A stretch of DNA of 32,000 bases from Candidatus Saccharimonadota bacterium (GCA_023898645.1 CP060232.1:210001-242000), one strand, 5' to 3'; shown: positions 9,497 through 17,351, counted from the first letter of the stretch. The notes: generated by a model from the sequence alone, not told the origin. A program made the numbers and translations.

Positions 9497-10604
9497 CATC
9501 GAGCTCTAGAAAGATTGCTGCCCAGACCATACCTGGGTCTCCATTGTAGAGCGGCGCTGTAAACCAGCCACCGTCTGGACCTACCATTTCGGGGTACGTG
9601 CCGTGACGTTCTATCAGTTCCGAAAACTTGGCATATTCGCGTTCATACTCTGGTCGTTTATTATCTTTGAGTAGGTGTAAGTACCATGACCCAAACCATG
9701 TCCAGATGGTTGTACCGGTGTAGTTTGGCATTAAAGTCTTGCCCATGAAAGGTCGATAATAAAACTTATCAGGCTGCTGACAGTACTGTAGTGGATACGG
9801 CTCGTTGAGTTTTGCTTTGTTGATGTAGTCTAGTGTTTTGCCAAGCTTTTCTTTGTCGTCTATGACGCCTAGGTAAAACGGAATTAGGCCGCATTCTGAG
9901 CTCCAGATATCGGTTACAAAGTCGGCTTTAAAGAAATCGCCGTTCCAGTAATTGACAAGAAGTAGGTCGCGGTAATGAGTCGCCGGGTAGGGAAAGCCGT
10001 TGAGTTTTAGTTTTTCGACACAGGTTGCCATGCGAGCGATCAGTGCGATTGAGTAGGCGCTTCGGTTGTAATTGACTGCGTCGCGTAGTTCGGCGTAGCG
10101 AACTCTTTTGAGGTTACCAGTAGTACCTTCCAGCAAACCTTTGCAGTAGCCGCGTAGTTGCCGCTCCAAGAATTTACGCTCCATTTTGTTGAGTGGGTAG
10201 TCACTGACGACGATGCTGTGAAGTAGCCAAGGTAGGGCGTCGACGCTTTTCTTGGCTGGTGCGTTAAATGTGTGGCCAGACTTGTCGATGCAAAGTGTTA
10301 CTTCGCCGGCTCGTTGGAAATGGTACATAGCCCACGACAACGTTTCGTGTACGTGATCTTTGTATCCGATTTTAGTGAGCGACTGCGCAACGGTGCCAAA
10401 ATCACGCATCCAGAAAAAGTCGAAATGCCCCAGGCTGGTGCGGTAAAAGTCGCCCTCCCATAGCTGGTCGACGACCTGTTCGCAAATTTGCTTGGCATCA
10501 CCCTCGAAGTAAAAAACAGTGCCAAAGTAACGATTGAAGATTTGTTGGTATTCGGCGCGGAGTGTACCCAGGATGCCGCCGACAGCGCGAGTAAATTTTT
10601 CCAT
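9486..10604 (-). CDS. (alpha/alpha)6-barrel glycoside-hydrolase-like protein (GDE_C/GH15/GH63-like)
   Basis: 372 aa. FFWMRDFG motif resembles the W-x-RD motif of glucoamylase and debranching-type barrels. Aromatic-rich with helical periodicity. Assigned from memory of these families, not by search. Confidence 0.45.
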   Translation of the reverse strand: MEKFTRAVGGILGTLRAEYQQIFNRYFGTVFYFEGDAKQICEQVVDQLWEGDFYRTSLGHFDFFWMRDFGTVAQSLTKIGYKDHVHETLSWAMYHFQRAGEVTLCIDKSGHTFNAPAKKSVDALPWLLHSIVVSDYPLNKMERKFLERQLRGYCKGLLEGTTGNLKRVRYAELRDAVNYNRSAYSIALIARMATCVEKLKLNGFPYPATHYRDLLLVNYWNGDFFKADFVTDIWSSECGLIPFYLGVIDDKEKLGKTLDYINKAKLNEPYPLQYCQQPDKFYYRPFMGKTLMPNYTGTTIWTWFGSWYLHLLKDNKRPEYEREYAKFSELIERHGTYPEMVGPDGGWFTAPLYNGDPGMVWAAIFLELDVKK

Positions 10605-10625
10605 TAGCGTAAGTATAACATGAAG

Positions 10626-10671
10626 TTAAAAAGAAAATGCCCCCGAACCGCGTAAACGGACAGGGGGCATT
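10626..10671 (-). terminator. Rho-independent terminator after the 10685..11077 gene
   Basis: On the minus strand: AATGCCCCC...(18-nt loop with inner CCG/CGG)...GGGGGCATT, followed by TTTTCTTTTT. Confidence 0.7.
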
Positions 10672-10684
10672 GGTGAGATTTTGG

Positions 10685-11077
10685 TCAGATGGAGCAAGTA
10701 ACGCTACTGACAGCGGTGTGGCTTGAGACAACAACGCCGTTGACTGAGATTTTGCACGTGTACGTGACAACGCCATAGACGGGGTTTGGGTTGGTCGGCT
10801 GTGCGCTCAGGTACAAGAAACCATAGGGGCTTCTATGCACGTAGAACCATTGATGCCACGGGGTTGCGTCTACGTTGAACCAGTCGCTAGCCACAACGTT
10901 GTCTCGATTAAACGAGATGATGGTTGACCGGTTAGTCTGCACGCCGTTTGTCGTCGCGGTTACGCTCAGGTCGATTCTCGACCCGGTGATTGGCGGTCCG
11001 TCTGCAGCTGCGCTGGGAGCGAGGCCGGCGGATAAGCCAAGAACAGCAAGTAGTGACACGAGCAATCTCTTAACCAT
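10685..11077 (-). CDS. Small secreted MmpS-like protein
   Basis: 130 aa. AGGAGA SD. Signal peptide MVKRLLVSLLAVLGLSAGLAPSAAA. C-terminal pattern PW...LSAQ...YTCKISVNGVVV...VTC parallels mycobacterial MmpS (LPW...LAQ...ITCRITVDGEV...TYC). Confidence 0.5.
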   Translation of the reverse strand: MVKRLLVSLLAVLGLSAGLAPSAAADGPPITGSRIDLSVTATTNGVQTNRSTIISFNRDNVVASDWFNVDATPWHQWFYVHRSPYGFLYLSAQPTNPNPVYGVVTYTCKISVNGVVVSSHTAVSSVTCSI

Positions 11078-11233
11078 TTGTTCTCCTAAAAAGGACTCCT
11101 AGTCACAACAACGTGACTGTTATCGCGTGATATGCGACCACCATGCGGGAGCAGGGAATTTGCAGTGATTCTATAATGAAACCATCACGATTGCAAGAAA
11201 AGGCGAGTATTCAGGTGTTATACTGATGATGCT

Positions 11234-11965
11234 ATGAAACCTCTTATTGGTATTACGGCGGAGACAATCCGAGAACAGCAGCAGTCTGAGCATCAATCTT
11301 ATTATGGGCAAAAAATCAGTTATATAGATGCAGTCCGTCAGGCTGGCGGCGTACCGATGATTATACCGACGGCGTCGAGTGTGGACGATGTGCGCGACGT
11401 CTTTTATCAACTCGACGGCATATTGTTTGCCGGTGGTGATGACATATCGCCAAGGCAATATGGCGAACAATCACGATATGCGTATGGAGTCGATGAAGCT
11501 CGCGACTGGCATGAGCTAACCCTCATGGAAATGGCACTCAGAAACAGGATGCCGATTCTTGCGATTTGCCGCGGCATGCAACTTTTGAACGTAAAGCTTG
11601 GCGGCACACTTTATCAAGACATTACGCACGAAGTGCCGGGGGCAATCGATCACGACGGCCATAACTTGCAGGCAGGTATTGGACATCTTTCACACGAGTT
11701 AAGAATCGAGCATCAATCGGAGTTGGCTCGAATTTTAGGAAAGACGAGCATAATGGCGAATTCATTTCATCATCAGGCAATCAAAGACGTTGGCGAGAAC
11801 CTAGTCGTGAGCGCTCGAACTAGCGATGGAATCATAGAAGCGGTAGAGGGTTCGGGTGCCGGGTATCTCATTGGAGTGCAGTCGCATCCGGAGAGAATCG
11901 TGAAAAATGAAACGTCGCGTTGGACGCGGTTATTTCGGTCGTTTGTTGAAGCAACGACTGATTAG
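11234..11965 (+). CDS. Class I glutamine amidotransferase, gamma-glutamyl-GABA hydrolase (peptidase C26, PuuD-like) family
   Basis: 243 aa. Nucleophile elbow ILAICRGMQLLNV and the GVQSHPE His/Glu motif. Confidence 0.85.
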   Translation: MKPLIGITAETIREQQQSEHQSYYGQKISYIDAVRQAGGVPMIIPTASSVDDVRDVFYQLDGILFAGGDDISPRQYGEQSRYAYGVDEARDWHELTLMEMALRNRMPILAICRGMQLLNVKLGGTLYQDITHEVPGAIDHDGHNLQAGIGHLSHELRIEHQSELARILGKTSIMANSFHHQAIKDVGENLVVSARTSDGIIEAVEGSGAGYLIGVQSHPERIVKNETSRWTRLFRSFVEATTD

Positions 11966-11972
11966 ATGACGT

Positions 11973-12833
11973 TTAAAGAGCGACTATACGTTTATGGGCA
12001 GACTCCCACGGTGATTGTTTTGCTTCACCATCCGAGCGATAAAACATGGATTTAACCACGGCGCAAATACCAAGCAAAACGATATAGCCAAGTGAGGTTG
12101 GTATGAGCAACGCATAAAAAATTCTTTGACGAAATGAGAGGTGAGGGTAGTGTGTGATTGCAGCAACCATCCATAGCCAGAAGCAACTCAGACAGCCAAT
12201 GAGTAAAATTGGTTGGTAAAGAAAAAGAGCGAGAAAACAAGCGTATATCTGCGCAACGATGCACGCTACGAAAGCAAACCATCGAGTGATTGCGTACGTT
12301 TTCGTTCGCATGTTTTTATGATAACTTGGCCGTATTAGAATTGGGTTGAGCGGATGAGTGAGTGCAATGCCAAACCCGGCACGCGATGAAGCAAAAGGGG
12401 CGGCAGCAATGAGGCGATATGCGTGAAGCAACTGTCCGAAAGTATCTGGAAACTGGAGAACCGGCGATAGTTCAACGACGACGAGCGACCGGTCTTTTTC
12501 GAGCCGGTGAACTGCGTAATTTATCGCCGATTTTTCTAGAACGTAGTCAGACTTTAGTCTCAGTATGAGCTTGCCATTGATCGGTTGACTGAGTGGTTTT
12601 ATTTCAATTTTTCGATAATCGTTGTTCCATATACTTTCCATGCATTTGTTGGACGGCGTACCGTCGACATAGATCGATACGAGGGGGAGTTTTTTGAAAC
12701 GAATGCGCGGGCGGCTGCGTAATTGCGATTCAAGTCTTATTTTGCGAATGTCGTGAATTGTCATGCCTAGCAATGTCGCTCCGGTAACAAGAGCGAGTAT
12801 AAAACCGATGATAGTTATGACGATAAGCTCCAT
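11973..12833 (-). CDS. Polytopic membrane protein with a degenerate GT2-like cytoplasmic domain
   Basis: I prefer the Met at 12833 (MELIVITIIG...) because it gives a TAATG stop/start overlap with the sortase gene. One N-terminal TM, a ~170-aa soluble domain (LPLVSIYV...SIWNNDYRKIEI resembles a GT2 N-terminus but lacks DxD and QxxRW), and four Cys-rich C-terminal TMs. Confidence 0.6.
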   Translation of the reverse strand: MELIVITIIGFILALVTGATLLGMTIHDIRKIRLESQLRSRPRIRFKKLPLVSIYVDGTPSNKCMESIWNNDYRKIEIKPLSQPINGKLILRLKSDYVLEKSAINYAVHRLEKDRSLVVVELSPVLQFPDTFGQLLHAYRLIAAAPFASSRAGFGIALTHPLNPILIRPSYHKNMRTKTYAITRWFAFVACIVAQIYACFLALFLYQPILLIGCLSCFWLWMVAAITHYPHLSFRQRIFYALLIPTSLGYIVLLGICAVVKSMFYRSDGEAKQSPWESAHKRIVAL

Positions 12834-13435
12834 TACTGCACCTTTTGGAATGAAAAAATAAATTCTGTTCGCCACTCACTGAACGCGCCGGTGCACGTTT
12901 GTACAATGAGCCGCGGTGGACCAGACGCGACGTTACTTAATATGGAAGTATCGGTCGGATTTAAGTTGTGAACTGACTGCAGTACGTAAGTAAACACGTG
13001 TTTATTGTCTGTATGAATTTCGGCGACGCTACCTATTGGCGGATGGTTGGTGCCAATTCTTCCAAGTACCGGGTAGGTTCCGTGGCCGTATATAAATGTA
13101 GCGCCCCCTTGGTCGTTTGCCGGCATGGTTGATGTCGCGAATTCAGCATGAGTCGGGCTGAGCGTCCAAGTTTTGGAAGCCTCGTCATACCTGCCCTCGT
13201 CGATTTGTAAATCGATATTTCTTGCTGGTATGACGAGACGGATAGGCTCACCAGAAATTGTGTCTGGTACCACAATGACTGGTTTAGCTGGTTTTCGATA
13301 TGTTGGACTCGGTTTACTTATAGCCCATACTGGCGTACCAAATGTATGTGACGAGTACAGGACTATAGCAATCACTCCTATGGTTAAAAGATAGACGGAG
13401 GCTATGCTGCTATATAAATTGATTTTTTGCAGCAT
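12833..13435 (-). CDS. Sortase-family transpeptidase
   Basis: 200 aa. N-terminal TM anchor, LVIPARNIDLQI, catalytic His in FIYGHG, catalytic Cys in LIVQTCTG, downstream Arg. Confidence 0.8.
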   Translation of the reverse strand: MLQKINLYSSIASVYLLTIGVIAIVLYSSHTFGTPVWAISKPSPTYRKPAKPVIVVPDTISGEPIRLVIPARNIDLQIDEGRYDEASKTWTLSPTHAEFATSTMPANDQGGATFIYGHGTYPVLGRIGTNHPPIGSVAEIHTDNKHVFTYVLQSVHNLNPTDTSILSNVASGPPRLIVQTCTGAFSEWRTEFIFSFQKVQ

Positions 13436-13448
13436 GCTTCCGCTCCTC

Positions 13449-13979
13449 TTATTTCAATTTATAGTGACGAAACGCGATGATGCCTAGGCGCGTAGCAACG
13501 TAGGCTCCCGCGGCGGTCACTATGCCAGTAACTGCAATACTGAGTGGTGTATCGTTGGCTGTATATGGGAGTACTGATGGGGTAGTAGAGCCTGCGCCAC
13601 TAGGATTTTCAGGTGCGCTAGGTGTAGGTGTGGACGCTACACCTACGCCACCACCTCCATCGGCACCGTTACAGCTAGTACCGATGGTGACATTTTGGCC
13701 GTTGTCATTGACAACTGTACCTGTAGCCACGTTGCCACCTGTAGTATTGCCGCTCACGTCACCGCTGCCGCTAGACCCAGTCTGGTTGTTGACCGTACCT
13801 ACCCATAAATTGTTGTTACAGGTCACGTTGATGTTATTTACATCATTACAACTTACTGTGTTGTTTGAGTCAGGGCCGGTTAATGTGACTATACCGTCAC
13901 ACGTTGCCGCACTGGCAAAACTACCCATACATGCAGCACTTACTACTGCTGACGTTGCTATGTGGATGACCTTGTTCAT
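13449..13979 (-). CDS. Secreted Asn/Gly-rich single-repeat protein with LPYTA sorting signal (putative sortase substrate)
   Basis: 176 aa. AGGAGA SD, signal peptide, TGPDSNN...SGDVSGNTTGGNVATG repeat core, Pro/Ser linker. C-terminus is LPYTA (13557-13571), then a hydrophobic helix and an RHYKLK tail. Confidence 0.8.
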   Translation of the reverse strand: MNKVIHIATSAVVSAACMGSFASAATCDGIVTLTGPDSNNTVSCNDVNNINVTCNNNLWVGTVNNQTGSSGSGDVSGNTTGGNVATGTVVNDNGQNVTIGTSCNGADGGGGVGVASTPTPSAPENPSGAGSTTPSVLPYTANDTPLSIAVTGIVTAAGAYVATRLGIIAFRHYKLK

Positions 13980-14204
13980 TCAAATCTCCTAATCGAAATT
14001 TAATTATTTCCTATTCCCATTTTATGCACATTAAAATATATATGACAATCATCAAAATTTATTATATTCATAAGCAGGTTGATTTTTAAGGGGGAAAATG
14101 GGATAAGTGTAATTTTTTTAACAAAATAATATTCAAACTCTCACTACACTGAAAGGAATCAATCGCGCACATTCTAAGGAAAATCAGGGAGGAAATTACA
14201 TACA

Positions 14205-14705
14205 ATGAGAGGTTATTTTGTGTCAGTCGTCAGGTTTTTAACCAAGTCGGTTCCGTATATTCCTAATTCTAGAAGGTTCATCTCGCGGCACCGCGCCTTT
14301 GTATTTATCATGGCTGCGACGCTACTAGTAGTTACAACTACGGCACTGCTTACTACAAAACACTTTGTGACTTCGAATACGTCGAGTGCTGCAAATGATA
14401 GCCAGCTTTCTCCAGGCTCGAGTACATCTAGTAGTACACCTGGTGTACATGCGTCTCAGCAGATCACTAATATAGTTTCACCGTCAGGAGGTTCCATGAG
14501 TACGAATATTCAGGTAAATGGCAAGCAGATCAAAGTCCCAGAAAATGGGTCGATGCACAAGACTATTTATTCCGACGATGGAAGTAAGACTGATATTAAT
14601 GTGTCAACAAGCGGAAACGCGACTAATTCGAATATTTATACGTCGTCATCGAATGTACAGGTAACAACTAATCCGGAGGACTTGCAAGCGGGGTCGGGTA
14701 ATTAG
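14205..14705 (+). CDS. N-terminally membrane-anchored Ser/Thr-rich protein, hypothetical
   Basis: 166 aa. TM FVFIMAATLLVVTTTALLTT, then an S/T/N-rich ectodomain. The start is uncertain, with a GTG at 14220 as an alternative. Confidence 0.55.
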   Translation: MRGYFVSVVRFLTKSVPYIPNSRRFISRHRAFVFIMAATLLVVTTTALLTTKHFVTSNTSSAANDSQLSPGSSTSSSTPGVHASQQITNIVSPSGGSMSTNIQVNGKQIKVPENGSMHKTIYSDDGSKTDINVSTSGNATNSNIYTSSSNVQVTTNPEDLQAGSGN

Positions 14706-14718
14706 GTGAGTGGTCAGT

Positions 14719-14753
14719 CGATTCCGACAGCAGGCTGTCTGCAGTCGGAATCG
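14719..14753 (+). promoter_or_regulatory. Strong intercistronic RNA hairpin upstream of the 14803 gene
   Basis: CGATTCCGAC (14719-14728) pairs perfectly with GTCGGAATCG (14744-14753), and 4 inner base pairs extend the stem. No T-run follows. Confidence 0.65.
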
Positions 14754-14802
14754 GGCGAACACCCGAAGTCAAAATCCATTAATAACAATAAGGAGGGACA
14801 AA

Positions 14803-15393
14803 ATGAAAATAGCAAGGTCAGCAGGTGCGGTAGTGACGTCGCTCGGTCTAGTGGTGGGACTTTCCGGGTTCGCCGGTGCGACTGCAGGAACGATCGGCTA
14901 CACAGGCCCATCGTCAAATAACCAAATATCTTCGTATTTAAACAACAATGCGAATTTAAACAACAACAACAATTTAAACGCGAACAACCTGAATAATCAG
15001 AACGCGCATTCCGGTTTTGCAAACGTTTCTGGTAATACGTTTGGCGGTACGGCTCAGACCGGACCAGCAAGCAACTTCAATAGTTCGAACGTTTCTGCAA
15101 ATGTCAGCAATGCTGGTGCAGGTTATGGCGGCTGGTTCGCTGGTGCCGCTGCGGCAAACAGCGTGGCCAATATCAATACGACTGGCCCTTACTCGAACAA
15201 TCAGGTTCAGTTCAGCACGAACAACAACCTGAATGTAAATAACAATAATAACTTCAATATCACAAACACGAATAACCAGAATGCTCAGTCTGGTAGCGCA
15301 AGCGTGGACTGCAACACGACTGGTGGTTCTGCCATCACTGGCGCAGCAACCAATACGAACACACAAACAGTTAACCTGAGCGTTAACAACTAG
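14803..15393 (+). CDS. Secreted Asn-rich two-repeat protein (candidate free fibre subunit)
   Basis: I prefer ATG 14803 (AAGGAGGG SD at 14790-14797) over the track start at 14710. Signal peptide MKIARSAGAVVTSLGLVVGLSGFAGA. Two ~73-aa repeats (14893-15114 and 15172-15390), each TGP-x-SNNQ...NNNNN...NNQNA-x-SG-x-A-x-V-x-x-NT-x-GG-x-A-x-TG. No C-terminal anchor. Confidence 0.8.
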   Translation: MKIARSAGAVVTSLGLVVGLSGFAGATAGTIGYTGPSSNNQISSYLNNNANLNNNNNLNANNLNNQNAHSGFANVSGNTFGGTAQTGPASNFNSSNVSANVSNAGAGYGGWFAGAAAANSVANINTTGPYSNNQVQFSTNNNLNVNNNNNFNITNTNNQNAQSGSASVDCNTTGGSAITGAATNTNTQTVNLSVNN

Positions 15394-15410
15394 TACGGGT
15401 GAGCCGACAT

Positions 15411-15449
15411 GGGGGAGTGCGTTAACTCCCCCGCCAGAAATTATTTTTC
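15411..15449 (+). terminator. Hairpin, possible partial terminator or attenuator after the 14803..15393 gene
   Basis: GGGGGAGT-GCGTTA-ACTCCCCC 8-bp stem (15411-15432). A T5 run occurs only 12 nt downstream, so this is non-canonical. Confidence 0.45.
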
Positions 15450-15483
15450 GGTAACGACAACAATATAAAGAAAGGAGGGGAAC

Positions 15484-17328
15484 GTGCAACGAGCTAGACA
15501 CATTATAAGGGGAGTAGTCATTTACCTGTTCGTGGTGATATTTGCGGGTGGCGCCCCTCTATCTACTATCGTTAGTGCTGACACTGCTCAAAACAAGAAG
15601 CACAACTATACATATAATACAGCCGATAAACACTGGAGTGATGAGGACTGGACGTGGAACAAGGCGACAGGCAAATACGTAAAGAACACGTCTGTATCAC
15701 CGAGCCCTTCTGATTCACCCGCTCCTACAAGCGACACGACGCCACCTGACACTACCGCGAAATCTTCGGACCCAGCTCCAGCGGGCGATGCTACTGTTAC
15801 TGACAGCACCAACGCGGCGGCAACGACAAACGACAACAATAATGTGGGCGTGACGAACAATCTGAACTCAAATACCGGTAGCGGTGATGCGGGTGTCGTC
15901 AAAAATACGACCGCCGGTGATGCGCAGACAGGTGACGCAAACGGTAGTACGACAATCATTAATAGCGTTCACTCGACGGTTGGTAACGGCGATACTTCTG
16001 GAATCGCGCACTTTACGATGAACCTTTATGGCGACATCACTGGCGACATTAGCATTGGTCCGAACATCAATAATGCAACGATTGATAAAAATACAAATCT
16101 TTCAAGCAAGACGAATGTTAACAACAACGACACACTTGTGAACAATCAGACGCTTAAGTCTACTAGCGGTAATGCGACGGTCAGCGGCAACACGACTGCC
16201 GGCAGTGCGAAGTCTGGCAATGCCAACACTGTCGCCGATGTGATGAACCTGATCGACACGATTATTGCAGCCAACAAATCATTCATTGGCACGGTTAACA
16301 TATACGGCAATTTAAACGGTGATATATTGGTCTCTCCTGACTTCATACCACAATTACTGGCAAGCAATGCTCAGGTGTATGGCAATTACAACCTAGACCA
16401 GACGGCAAACATTAATGACAACCAGTCGATAGTTAATAACGTCAAGTTAAACGCGACGAGTGGCACGGCTACGGTTAGTGGCAATACGACTGCCGGTACG
16501 GCAAAAAGCGGCAATGCTCAGACGAATCTAACAATTTTGAACTTGACCGGTCATCAGGTTGATGCCAAGAAAAGCCTACTTGTTTTCGTGAACGTGCTTG
16601 GTAAATGGGTAGGCATGATCGTCGACGCACCGGGTGCAACATCTGCGGCTCTCGGTAGCGGAGTAATCAGTGACACTACGAATATAAGTGACACCGCTAA
16701 TCTAAATAACAACGCGAAGATTATCAATAACCTTGATCTGTCATCAGCATCTGGCGATGCGACTGTGACGAAAAATACGACAGCTGGTGACGCCGTGACA
16801 GGCAATGCTACAGCTAGCGCTAACATTGCCAACATCAGCACGAGTCAGTTTAACCTGAGCGACTGGTTCGGCGTACTGTTTATCAATGTGTACGGTACGT
16901 GGATCGGTAGCTTCGGCATAAACACAGCGGCGGGCACCATCACGCCACTCAGCGGTGACGCTGTTCCGTCGGCTGGAGCCAGAATCGCTGCATTGCCAAC
17001 GGCCGGCCAACTGATGCATTTCGGATATACGCCGGCCACGCAAAGCCACGCGACAGTAGCGGGAGTAAGTGGTTCTGGCAGTAAGCCGACTGGCGGCAAG
17101 CCATTCACTCAGCTGAGCGGCCTACGTGCTCCATCTGAACAATTGAGGTTAATCCCAGTTGCACCAAAGCCTTTCGAAGATGTATTTTCAAACATCTTGA
17201 TGACTATCGGCTTCGGCGCCGCCGGCATATCAGGTGCACTTTGGCTCATTCGAAAGCGCCGGCCAACGTTGCCGACTAGGGCGCCGCACGGAGGAGGCTT
17301 GACCGAGGCAGTAAGCTCGCGAACATAA
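15484..17328 (+). CDS. Large (614 aa) four-module Asn/Gly/Thr-rich repeat protein with N-terminal signal/anchor and C-terminal TM
   Basis: GTG start after an AAGGAGGGG SD. Hydrophobic N-terminus, Pro/Ser/Thr linker, four ~97-aa modules (15829-16932) each containing SG-x-A-x-V-x-x-NTTAG-x-A-x-(T/S)G. C-terminal helix ILMTIGFGAAGISGALWLI followed by RKRR. Confidence 0.85.
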   Translation: MQRARHIIRGVVIYLFVVIFAGGAPLSTIVSADTAQNKKHNYTYNTADKHWSDEDWTWNKATGKYVKNTSVSPSPSDSPAPTSDTTPPDTTAKSSDPAPAGDATVTDSTNAAATTNDNNNVGVTNNLNSNTGSGDAGVVKNTTAGDAQTGDANGSTTIINSVHSTVGNGDTSGIAHFTMNLYGDITGDISIGPNINNATIDKNTNLSSKTNVNNNDTLVNNQTLKSTSGNATVSGNTTAGSAKSGNANTVADVMNLIDTIIAANKSFIGTVNIYGNLNGDILVSPDFIPQLLASNAQVYGNYNLDQTANINDNQSIVNNVKLNATSGTATVSGNTTAGTAKSGNAQTNLTILNLTGHQVDAKKSLLVFVNVLGKWVGMIVDAPGATSAALGSGVISDTTNISDTANLNNNAKIINNLDLSSASGDATVTKNTTAGDAVTGNATASANIANISTSQFNLSDWFGVLFINVYGTWIGSFGINTAAGTITPLSGDAVPSAGARIAALPTAGQLMHFGYTPATQSHATVAGVSGSGSKPTGGKPFTQLSGLRAPSEQLRLIPVAPKPFEDVFSNILMTIGFGAAGISGALWLIRKRRPTLPTRAPHGGGLTEAVSSRT

Positions 17329-17351
17329 AGATTTTACTAGAGAATAGTTGA

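Noticed and set aside
14710-14802. 31-codon N-terminal extension of the 196-aa repeat protein, and likewise 12834..12875 for the membrane protein
   Set aside because: The extension covers the intercistronic hairpin and lies upstream of the strong AAGGAGGG SD. The signal peptide starts at the internal Met (14803). For the membrane protein, the internal Met gives a TAATG coupling with the sortase stop.
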